Below, piece by piece: positions 27,101 through 38,049 of a stretch of DNA of 64,000 nucleotides. Each line of letters opens with the position of its first letter. Position 1 is the first letter of the stretch. Below the pieces are notes generated by a model. That model was not told where the DNA came from. It ran no database searches and saw only the letters and a list, made by a program, of their open reading frames with translations. Both the position numbers and the translations under genes were made by a program. The stretch is from Tubulanus polymorphus (taxonomy: Eukaryota > Animalia > Nemertea): assembly GCF_964204645.1 (NCBI RefSeq), contig NC_134029.1, positions 7,218,850 to 7,282,849 on the forward strand. The letters run 5' to 3'.

Positions 27101-30100
27101 TTAACATTTTCTTTTAATACCGTATTGACAGTTGGTGTGTAAAAGCACTTACTGAAGTCTACTGAAGTCTAGGGTATTGAAACATATCCATAGCTTGAGG
27201 AGCAGGCATCCTAAGGGAAGTCCCTAGATCAAAGTCTCCTAGATAGTAGATACATTGATAAATTGTGTCTCGCCAGTAAAAAACTTGTTGTGTTAGAAAT
27301 TATGAAATAACCGAATCAACTGGCTCTCTGCTGATTTTAGGGAAGGAATGGAGTATGTGAAGCCTAACGGAACTGGCACGACGCCGACCTCGCCCGATGC
27401 TCCTCCGCCGTATTCTTCAATGATGGAAAATCGTCGCAGTTACAATTCAGATCTGTACAACGGTGGAGGGTAAGTTTACTGAATGTCCAAGCTGCATGAG
27501 TGACTGTTCACTTAGTCCCTTAGTCACACGCTCTCATCACTTGCCCACACTACTCCATGTATGATGAATTATATTGGTTCTCAGGCTTCCGCTCATATTG
27601 TCTGTCTGTCTGTCTGTCTGTCTGTATGTGTCCATCTGTGTGTCTGTCTTTCAGCTACTTAGCTTTTGTTTATAGTAGGTTGATCTTGATGAAACTTTGG
27701 TACAATGTTGGTATGGGGGTCTAGTTGTGCAGTGCAATGAATGGGCCCAGTGCACCACTTAGCAGCAGAACTAGGCACCAAAAACTATTTTCAGTGACAT
27801 GACCTTCAAGATGACCTCATAAATGAGGAACAGTGCCAATATTCAAAAATTTAGCTATTAGCCTTAGGTATAACATATCTAAAATGCAATGGTAATTTCG
27901 GAGTTCAAGCCTGAGCCCGAGGATTATTGTCGCCAATGGCTTGTTAATCAAGGAATTCTCTTTTTAGGAGGAAAGATGAAGTGGAGACTATGGTGCATCC
28001 TTCAGCGCCAACAGTTTATAAACAGGAGCTTCACTCCGCTCCTATTGTAAAAACTAAAGTATGTATGCAATACCGATTCCTATCGGTTGGTCAATGATGA
28101 AGGACAGGTATGCTCTGGTACATTATATCTGATTTTGCTGTGTTATTTTTTTTGTTGAAGAAAAATGTCTATGCATCTGTTGGGCATAACACCCGGGAAA
28201 GTCCAGCGAGTAATCCAGATTATTTGAGGTAATTATTCAGAGCCCGAAGAAGATTTCCACTTACCGATAGCCGTATTATGTATTTATTTCTATTTAAGTT
28301 ATCACCTAGATTAATCATTTATTCTGAATTGAGAAAAATGTGATGCCCGGTGATGAATAGAAATGCATCATGTTTGGTGGCATTATTAAATTATTATTTG
28401 ATGGAAATCCCTAATTTTTCAGGAGCCATGTTAGTCATATACGTCAATTTGGAGATGCAAGCAACCGTCCAAAAGATCTTCCTGTTCGCTCAAATCGTCC
28501 TTATAATTCAAATGATAATAGGTAAGCTAACATAAAAACATAAAAAAACATTTGAAAAAATTAACAAGTGAGTATGAGTACTCTTTTTGTATAGAGTCCT
28601 GAAAGAGCTGGCTAAATGACTCGATCCATCGAGTTAATTGATACATTTATACTCGTGTGGTTTGAATTTCTTACTGTAAGCTAAACTCGGGTTTGTTTAA
28701 GATCTGAGTATCTGATCTCAAATCAATACGAAGAATCAAACATAAAAGTATCTGTGGCCTGTTCCATAGTTCGAGACGTGCAACTGAAAAGAATTTTTTT
28801 AAATTTCATTCAGATTCTAGTTGACCCAGTTCTAGTAAGCTTACTAATGGAAGAGCTAATGCCTGATACCTTCGAATTTTAGATTAGATCAGATTGGATA
28901 AGATCGGAAGACCTGAGTAAAGCTTTTAACCGTATCAACTCTATAGACCTTTAGTAGCTATGCAATAATGTGTACATAAAATCGTTTGGAGCAAATATTT
29001 GCTACGGCTTTTACATAGATTCCGTGTATATGAATTTATTATGCTCTCGGTGGTGGTCTATTTGATATGCCAATTATATATAGATTGTTCATTCAGCGTG
29101 AACTAGTGAGAAAAAAATGTGTGTGGTTTTGTTTTTTGATTCGATGATATTATATTCATAGTGTCTCGTTCGGTTCTCTCGTACTGGGAATATGATATTA
29201 GCTTTAAAGAATTGCTCTAAAAGGCTAACAAAAAATTGATACCTTGTTTCTCATTTCTGCTAAGCTTAAAAGTTGACCCGGCTGGCCGCCTATCTACCCT
29301 GTACATTACTTTTTTTTCAATCGTGATCAAGCTAGCCATAAAAGATCCGGTTGCCATAGAAATAGACTGATTACAAAACTTATTGCATTTTACAAAAGTG
29401 GCCTGGTCGATAAGGAGAAACAAGGTATTTCATTTTAGCCAAACAACTATGCAAATCTGTACAAACACACAGTCGTTGCTTGTATTAGTAAATGATTGTG
29501 TGGACGGCGTCTGCTATGAGGCATAATCCTGTCTTCGTTCTACACTTTCTCTCTCTGTGTCTCGTTTGTATAACCATGGTAACGCATTCGTAATCCGTCT
29601 GCCAAATGATAGGTTGATGAAGAGCACGTCAGGGCTGTCTGCTCGTTTACACCCACCAGCAGCAGTGCAATCTGACTTAATTCCATAAAACTTTCTCTGT
29701 CGGATCAAATCATCCATAGTCAGAAGAAAATGGAAAAATCATACTACCTTTCAGTTGATTTCTATTCAGGGGCCAATATTGTGCACAGTCAAGATTAAAT
29801 TTAAGGCTGATCAAGGCCTTCCAGACATATTTTGATTCCAAAGCCAATCTTACAACTGAAGACTCGTTTTAGAATCTTAAATGACTGTACAACTTGAGCC
29901 CGATTTTCAAATATTCCAAACCATGGTTATTCAATTCGCGATGATGCTTTTTAATGCTTGATAATCATGATGTATGCCGCATAATTAATCCGATATTCCC
30001 CGATCCTTGTGCACAGACTCATGTAGATTATATACTTGTTATATTATTACGTATAGAGCTGACATAGTCGCCACATATTATGTCGGTGATCCGGAGTTAA

Positions 30101-30851
30101 AGTCATCGGTAAAATCTCGATCAATGTCTCCTCCCGATCGAGCGGCTTCGAAGTCTCAGAACGCCAGCCCGGTGAAGTCATCGACGTCGAAGTCACGTTC
30201 GACGTCCCCGCCTGATAATTATAGCTTTGCCAAACCACGCCATCAGGTATGTATGTAGGTAATAGCACTGCTTTTCACGGCTTAACGGTATATTCTTTGC
30301 ATTAAAGACTCGAAATATGTAGTAAATCGATAATCAAAAGAGCACTATATATATATCCACGTGGTGATAGAGGTGTTTAGTACCGGTAGATAAACATAAT
30401 AGGAACCGAGAAAACTAACTTGAAAGTTTATTGACGCCTTCAAAAACATTATTGATGTCATAGGGCGAGGCAAAGGAGGCAGCCATCTTTTCTGGATGAG
30501 TCTATGAATATTACTGGTATTTACCTGTATTTGTACCTGTTTACATATTAAATGAAACACAATTATTGTGTATTTTGTTTTCTGAATAATTCCATTCTAA
30601 TCAATGTACTTTAGTTACAACTAACTATTTAATTTGATTAGTATATATTTCATAATCTTTTCTTAAAGATATCATCGCCATCATCACCACCACCCGGTTA
30701 CGCAGCAGCAGCAGCATCATCATCAGTCCCATCCTGTAGTTCACCTGGAACCGCCGGCGTCTCGCCAAGCCGAGCCTTCCAACCACTCCCACAAGATCTC
30801 AACTACGGTTTAAAACTCGCTCCGATGATCGATGTTGCCACTGAACTGTGA
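12042..30851 (+). CDS. EPB41L4A: Band 4.1-like protein 4A (FERM + FA domain, Ser/Arg-rich tail), multi-exon
   Basis: Exons traced with GT-AG and consistent phase: 12042-12125 ([20 protein letters not shown]), 14314-14418 (DYFGLRY), 14550-14592 (QWVDPTK), 16937-17015 ([12 protein letters not shown]), 17184-17281 ([17 protein letters not shown]), 17892-18012 (ELGDYDP), 19592-19679 or 20153-20240, 21635-21723 ([10 protein letters not shown]), 22228-22291, 22388-22479 ([16 protein letters not shown]), 22783-22845, 23249-23379, 23827-24004, 24282-24392, 24719-24775, 24894-25118 (MVDSETQW), 25402-25443, 25570-25632, 25842-25964 ([18 protein letters not shown]), 26136-26225, 27341-27469, 27968-28058, 28161-28228, 28423-28521, 30057-30246, 30669-30851 (..VATEL*). 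The tail motifs APWE..GLY, MVDS..QW and ELVDP..L.EEQ..IPY match my recollection of EPB41L4A specifically. Tail exons are less certain than FERM exons. Confidence 0.88.
14876..14999. mobile_element. Small hairpin MITE, PIF/Harbinger-like
   Basis: TIRs gggccggttcc...ggaaccggccc flanked by a CTG direct repeat (3-bp TSD); internal cttaag repeats. Confidence 0.7.
15055..15248 (-). mobile_element. MITE family 1, inverted copy
   Basis: Reverse-complement similarity to 29222-29440 and 35243-35468 (tcaacttttaagctcggcagaaa; gagaaatgaggtatgatttttttagcct end). Confidence 0.7.
15791..15978. mobile_element. Short-TIR non-autonomous DNA element, unclassified
   Basis: Termini caggccc...gggcctg flanked by an exact 5-bp CAATG direct repeat. 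Confidence 0.6.
18081..18112. repeat. (AT)n microsatellite
   Basis: Direct reading. Confidence 0.9.
19592..19679 (+). CDS. EPB41L4A: EPB41L4A alternative exon 7a (FERM F2-F3 junction)
   Basis: aag|T GGC CAA...TTG|gtaag, 88 nt, encodes [29 protein letters not shown]. Confidence 0.8.
20153..20240 (+). CDS. EPB41L4A: EPB41L4A alternative exon 7b (FERM F2-F3 junction)
   Basis: ttttcag|T GGT ATG...TTG|gtaag, 88 nt, encodes [29 protein letters not shown]. Confidence 0.85.
21356..21573. mobile_element. CAGGGGCGG-type MITE (hAT-like termini)
   Basis: Imperfect TIRs caggggcggctc...gatccacccctg; no clear TSD. Confidence 0.5.
21760..22147 (+). mobile_element. Composite MITE (CAGGGT-terminated element carrying a nested Tc1/mariner-like MITE), copy 1
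   Basis: Reverse-complement similarity to 45190-45631 across both outer and inner parts (ccgagataaacggtactgatttagg; actccttatattcag). Confidence 0.65.
26339..26353 (+). CDS. Candidate 15-nt frame-preserving microexon of EPB41L4A
   Basis: ctaat...gtgtag|ATTCTGGTGGGACTG|gtaagt. Phase 2 to phase 2, matching the flanking exons. Confidence 0.45.
27585..27945 (+). mobile_element. Helentron-associated non-autonomous element (HINE/DINE-1-like)
   Basis: (TGTC)n microsatellite near the 5' end, internal gatcttgatgaaactttgg and tgaccttcaagatgacc motifs, 3' end ...gccaatggcttgtt. Family assignment is from recalled structure; boundaries approximate. Confidence 0.55.
29222..29440 (+). mobile_element. MITE family 1 copy
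   Basis: TIRs ggctaacaaaaaattgataccttgtttctc...gagaaacaaggtatttcattttagcc; collinear with 35243-35468. Confidence 0.75.
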
Positions 30852-33800
30852 AACAAGATCGATACGTAATTATCTCCAGAAAAATGGGGAATAGTTAAGG
30901 CTCGTCCATGAAATATATAAGTATGCATTTCAAAGCTGGAACCTGAAGTAAATCTTGAGATAGGGCTACATAATGTTCTCTTGGTATTTTCATGCATACA
31001 TAATTCATGCCTCACTCCTTACTTGTTAAGGAAGCACCTTGTGTCTGACAGATATATCCTTCTAGGAGATGTAATAAATTTGTTATTACTGCGTTAGGCG
31101 GTTGGAAGTAATGCACAAAATTTTGGTACGAAAAATTGTCTTCATTCGTCGCCATTTCGTCGATGAATTTGTTGATAACGCAATAAAATAACTGAGTCAG
31201 TATTCTGTATATGGTAATGAGTGATGCGTCTAGTGTCAGAGTATTAATTACTTCACTTCAGAAATGCGTGTATATTTAATGCTGTTTATTATTATTATCT
31301 ACTTCAATTACGTTTAGACTCGATCTGATAATGTTTTTATGTTGGAATGGGCTGTAATAAGCAAGTAATGTACAATTAACAGTAACTCGCCCCTGCTTTC
31401 GTAACGGGTAGTCGACAGTTTTGAAAAATGCTTTGTTAATTCTTATAAACTGGTCCGCTGTAACGTATCTACACTGCGGCTTTAGGGGATTTTTAGGTAA
31501 ATAGGACATTGATACCAACGGTAAAAAGTTCTGCCTTAAGGGCAGCTGACAATCCTGATTTGTACTGCTACAGTACACTCCTAATCATGCCATTATGATG
31601 GATTAGATATACATAACGTTAGGTACCGGTAGTGAGGATTATTGCAATCTGAAAATGTGCGATTTTCTTTTTAACTTGCTTTTCATGTTGATTTAATTTC
31701 ATGGTGTCAATCAAGTTTGAGATAGATTGAGTTTGATTACAGTTAAATGGTGCTAGAAACTTGTAATAGAAGATTGTATGTTTGTTTCTATGTTTTTTTT
31801 TGTGTCCGAGATAATCAAAATTAGTGTATTTGTTGGTTGTGATCTGTACTACGATCCGTTTTGTACATTGATATATATACATTTATTTATTTTAATTTAC
31901 TATTAACAATAACGATGATATGCAACTGACTACGAAGGAAATTTTATCCCTTTTTAACTAACGGTAAATGAACACGCTCGGTATGTACTGTAGATTTTAT
32001 CGATAATGCTTTTTAGATAATTGTTGATATCCTTTTTATAGCCTTTCACCCCTCGAATATAGCATACTGATCAGTCAATACTTAGATCATAGGTAGTGAC
32101 AGTCAATAATCGCAATTAAAAGTACAAACATATTTATTTTTTTACATGAGGTACTGGAAAATTTACGTTATTCGTGATATTCATCACCCCATGGGCAGTG
32201 CTATCTAAATGTTTAAGAAGGAATGAAAATGGAGCATCCTTCCAAATTTCTATAGATTACGGCTTAATCTGAGGAACACTTCACTAAAGCCATTCAGAGA
32301 CTGAATGTTCTCGATGAAAAGATATTTGTATAGCAATTCTCCCTACCTGTATTTGTTTTTTTTCTACTGCATGAAATGTGAAAAAAAAACCTATGAATTT
32401 TTTTTGGGGGGCAAAATTAGAACCCGAAAATATGACTGGATGAAATAATGAAATTACTGTGATTGTTTGTTATTATTGTAGTTGCGCCGTCACACGATTA
32501 TTCATACTTTTCTATACAATTTTCAGTTTTTAGCCGCTTTTATGACTTTTGTTATTCTATACATCATTATATATGCGATAATGTACTTAAGTAATCAAAT
32601 TTATGCGTATTGAAAAGAATGTAAAAACGATATACTAGGGTTGTGATTCGTCATTGATGAATCGAAAAAGATTTATGTAAAAACATTCGTTAATGAAAAT
32701 ACAAAATATGTTATTAGTAACCTTATGAATTAGTTGTTTTCAAGTCATTGGTGTTAGGGCCAGTGCAGGTTTGGATGCAATGAACTCAAGTGTTCAGAAA
32801 TATTGATTGTTAAAACCGATAGTTCATTGAATGATCTTGAAATGAATATTGATTTGACAAATTTTGCAAAAAAGCCTGGGAAACTCAGGGAATTTGGATT
32901 GTCGATTACATGTTCTTTATCAGTACCGCGGTACATGATTCAATGGAGAATGAATGAATTGAATTTTAAACCTAGAAATTTCTCTGGATTCACTCGGGGA
33001 ATTTTGTGTAACATCAGGGAAAACTCAGGAAATTTGTAAATGGACGGAAAGTGGCCATGCTGTATTGTATGCATGTTGCAGCGCAAGGCTTCAGACAACA
33101 AAATATCTCGGTATTTCTAGATTCTGAGTAACTGTAGTCTGAGGGAAGTAGGATGTAAGAAGTACCATATTAGGGATCTACATCAATACCATCAGTGATT
33201 ACCGAAGCGGAATGGAGAATCCAATGGAGTCTCTCGACATGCTCGTGATTCTTGTTGTTCCCATAGCAACGCAGGCAGCTGTTGCCAGCAATCAGCCCTT
33301 TCTCCTCTTGATGAATGAATACAAATTGCAGCGAACAGAGAAAGCAAATATTCACCCATGAAAAAATTCGAGCCGAGACTAGACTTATGAAGATAAGAGA
33401 ATACATCCATAGTCTGTGATGATGCCATCCTTTTCAATGCCATTGCTCGCTTCACGCCAACATTCTACAGTGAACAAATTTGCCCAAACTAGCTCGAATT
33501 CAATGAAAATACCATTCGAAATAATGCCAATTTCGTTATAACGCCATGTTCTCCATTGGTCCAAACAGTGGCATATTAAAGGATTTTTACTGTATATCTT
33601 TTTTCTCAAGATCAATCAATGACTTAATCAGTTTCAATAAAAGATGGTGCATTAAATAAATTGTCCGTCTACCCCCTATATGCCTGCCTGTAGACAGTAA
33701 TAAGGATCGAAAGTCAGATTCTCTTCATTAAACTTCACAATCGATAATAATTTTTCAAGCTATTTCAAATGCCGATACATAAATCCACGACACATCTAAT

Positions 33801-35242
33801 TAAGTGATTATTACAGGCTAAATTATTATTTACGCATTAATCATCTGTAGGGAATATCGACATTAGATCTACTTGGTATGCTGGAGTGTATCCGGCTCCG
33901 TACCCAATTGTTCTAGTGTGAACAGAGAGAGATCAGGGAGGCCAACTCCCTGAACAGATGAATAAGGAATACTGTTTATCCAATTGCACAGCAACCCATA
34001 CTGCTTCAAAAATCCCGAAATGTGATTAAATTCATCAATTGAAAAAACTTCTCTGACTTGAGCGTAAATCAAAAATCACTTTTTATTCAATGAATATAGT
34101 GAACATGTGTAATAATGTCGATGTAACTGTTTATCATTTACATACACTCGAATCGGTGAAACCAGCACCTGCAAAGATCGAAACGACACGTTTCACCGAA
34201 CATTGTGAGCATAAGAGTAAATCTACAAGTTTTTTTTCTATATAGATCTTCCATAAATCAAGCCAGACATCTCGTAATACCCCGGTATACATATACACGG
34301 ATTATAATAGTACCAGTTTATATAATTATTCATTGATTAGGGAGAAGAAAGTACAAAAATATTTCATCTCTATGTAGATTACACTGCTTGCATTCTGTAC
34401 AGTGAGATTAAAATGAACAAAGGTGACAAATATCTCCCTATATCAATTCAATTTTTCAGTTACGACTAAATGCATCGAGGTGTTCAAATATATTGTAAAT
34501 ACACGCCATACAAATGAGTGATGACCCTTGAAGGATGGGATATTTATTTAAGTACGGTTTATTTGAAGCTCTTACAAAACTCGATCACAAACATGACATC
34601 ATTTTAAGAAACGCTGAACTAGACAATTTCTCTTACTAATCTCATTGGCATACAAGTATAGGCTGGAACATAAATACTTCTTTCATCAGGATTCCAGTGT
34701 TCTCCATATGCTGGAATTTTTAAGGGGCTGCATTCATTGTTGAGTGTATGAAATTTAGGCTACTGAAGCAGCAAGGCTTCCGATCCTCCAAAAAATACAC
34801 AAACTTAAGCTAAATTTTGGTGTAATCTTCTATACTTAGCTCGATATTTCAAGCAATGATCAGCATTGATAGAATATTCACGTCGACCCTGGTTAGTGCA
34901 GAAGACATTTCATAAGGGTTGGCTGATTTTCAGAGTGGTGGATATAAAATAGGCCCTTTAAAACCTTTTGTGGAGAACACTGGATTCCATTAACACATTA
35001 CTTTACCTAATCAAAAATTGACTGGCCTTCATGACTTTCTGCATAATGACCTCAAACATAACCAGCAAACATTTTCTATGGAGCACATATGGTAAGTTGG
35101 GTGACTGGATAATAAAGACTATTTGGCATACTCACTATGTAACATTCTGTTAGATATTTCTTTCATTTCTCATTAAAAATACACTACACATCTCGAGGCA
35201 TCTCGATTACCAAGCAGACATCCATACAACTAGTAGCTTATA

Positions 35243-35468
35243 CTAAAAAAATTGATACCTTGTCTCTCCTTTCTGCCGAGCTTAAAAGTCGACACGGCCA
35301 GCCGCCTATCTAGCCTATCTACCCTGCGCATTACTTTATTTTTAAATCATGATCAGGCTAAACCATAACAGACCTGGCAGCAATAGAAATAAACTGATGA
35401 CAAATTTTATTGCAATTTACGTAAGTGACCCGGCTGATTAGGAGAAACAAGGTTTTCATTTTTTTTAA
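35243..35468 (+). mobile_element. MITE family 1 copy
   Basis: aaaaaattgataccttgtctctc...ggagaaacaaggttttcattttt; collinear with 29222-29440. Confidence 0.75.
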
Positions 35469-36915
35469 CTCGAGGCCCTAGATCATTTTTTTGGTTTACA
35501 CGTAGGAGATCAAAAAAGACATTTATAACGCAATAAAGCGTATTAATTCTTATTTACATCGAAGATTAAAACGTCAATGTTTTTTTCTAATTTCATTCAT
35601 ATTCATCATTAATATTATTTACATGAGCGTGGAGTAGAAAAATAGTAATAATTGACAATGTAAAAAACAAGTATTAATAGTAAAGCACCAGAAGATATAA
35701 CATAGGAAAAACAGATTGAAGACAAGTTTCATAAAATCACTGCTGAAGTTGTTCTGATGTATAAGCGTTCATAGAAATCACTGACTGGTCCATTTCAGTT
35801 CATATATAAATATAGTGCAAAAAATCAAACGAATCACAAAAGGGTGGAGTGGATCTAAACCCGTTAAATGTCATTTGTGTCATGACAAAAAAATTGTACA
35901 GATCTATTTTTCTGATCTATGCGTTAGAAATAAACAAGCTTCTGGGTTCATGATATGCCCTCTTTTTAACCAGTGACAGATTCTACATTTTTGTTTACTG
36001 AATTCATTGCTGTTATGTACTATGCATACCAGATAGAATGTCCAGATGAACTTCAACAGTTCAGTTTCACCCTGATATCTGGTTGAATACAGCCATGGTG
36101 CGTCTAAAATTCTGCTGGCATGGAGCAACTCTAATAGAAAGCATTTTTCGAAACATTGTAAATTTTAGATAATGCTCAATTATCGTATTTCACCAATGTG
36201 AATCATGCCGATTATAGTAGATGCCGATTATAGAGTATAACAACAGGATATGGCATCATAAGTACTGTGTATATCTCGACAATGCTTCCAATGGGTTTAC
36301 TCGAATATTCAGATCAATACATAACCAACCTAGGCACAGCACAGCACAGCACAGCTGTATAATGTAATCAGTAACTGCTATGCAAATAACTGGCAGTCAG
36401 AGTGCCAGAGATAACAGCTATAAATAGATCTAGTTAACCCTTTTAGTCATATATATCTACAGACAGTGAAACAGTACTCCGGTCTATACCCCTCTTAAGA
36501 GCTTGTTGTGCGTATACATGCTCCACTAATGGTTACAAGATTTACACAGTACACATAAGATTTCCAGGCGGGATTAAACTTTCATGTTGGTACAAGATGT
36601 TCAGTCAGTTGTTCCTGTATACACTCATATAGCATGATATATTATTTCAACAATGTTGGTATGTTCAGCGAGACATACAAGAGCTGCCCATATTGCTGAC
36701 AACAATTTCACTTCTTATTCAGTGACAGATCAAATTCATCAATTGAATCACATTTTGTTTGTTGAAAGTTCCAAATTTATCAGATATTGTCAGTAAGGGT
36801 CATTCGTAACACCTTTCCCTTTCTATGTACCACCAGTAAAACAGCCAAAAAATCAGTATAAGAAATACAGAAAAAATCAGGAACTGATGGCAGCTCTGTG
36901 TCAACAAGATGTAAA

Positions 36916-37201
36916 CAGGGTTCTTACAGGTTTCCCAATTTCATTTTCCATAACTTTTCCATATTCAGATTATAAATTTTCCATACCCCTAAGTTACACA
37001 TTGCCAACCTAGATAGAACAGGCAATGTGTAAGCCCAATCAAAGTAAATAAGTGTCAATTATCGATACCATAGACAAAGTGTTTTCATTAAGTTTGTTAT
37101 CATTTTATTTTGAGACCATTTTCTGATTTTCCATACCTCTTCAAAGTTTTTCAAGGGCTTGGAGAAAAAATTCCCACTTCCCAAAACCTATAAGAACCCT
37201 A
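36916..37201. mobile_element. hAT-like MITE
   Basis: TIRs cagggttcttacagg...cctataagaacccta; 8-bp flanks gatgtaaa and gatgtaag (one mismatch). Confidence 0.65.
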
Positions 37202-38049
37202 GATGTAAGTATTCATTTACTTCAGTTTTTCAATCCATGATCCATGACAAGTGTACCGGGTCATACCAAGAGCAAATAATTCATTCTCATGTTAAAAATC
37301 AATCATCAGATTCTTTCAACTGGAAAGAATAGCGACACAGGTTTTTCTAGATCTAGACAACAATGAATGAATCAGTACCTAGACGAAAGACTTACAATTA
37401 TTGAAATGCGATGAGGGCCATTCGTAGAGTCTATACATAACTACAGGTAGGTAGCCACTCATAAAAGTTGACCACTTCTACCTACGAACATAATGCTTGA
37501 AATTACATACAGTGTAATCAGCATAATTTCAAGTATGTCCTCTACGAACAGCCCCTACTGTAATAGTGTCTGATAGCTCATCAAAAACATATCAAAACCC
37601 GCAATATTGACAATAGATTGATTCCGAATAGACAATACGTTTGTATTATACGTACAACACACAGAAATCTGCGATCAACTAAACCTATTAATAATAGGAA
37701 AAATAATACAACAACGGAAGAAAATATCTACTGTAGATGTCTAGAAACATGCATAGAAATAATGACTACTATTCGTATCAATAAAACAATCATCACTACA
37801 TCATTAATGTAGTTTGCTCCAGCTTCATAAAAAAAAACACAACGGAACAAAATAAACATATCGCAGAGAAAATATATTTGAACACGTAAATGCGTTGAAT
37901 TGTCATGCACAGTTACACTACCATTGATCACAAAAAGAAACATTGTCACTGTATGTCGTGAGCCAATCCGTACCATTTGCATCTTTTGTCCACTTCAAGT
38001 CAACTACTTTATCGAACCGGCGACATTCGCGACATCCGCACGGAAAAAA

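Noticed and set aside
33170-34180. Short ORFs and an acceptor-like site between the EPB41L4A and paralog A 3' ends
   Set aside because: No recognisable homology or consistent exon chain; more likely 3'UTR or intergenic sequence.
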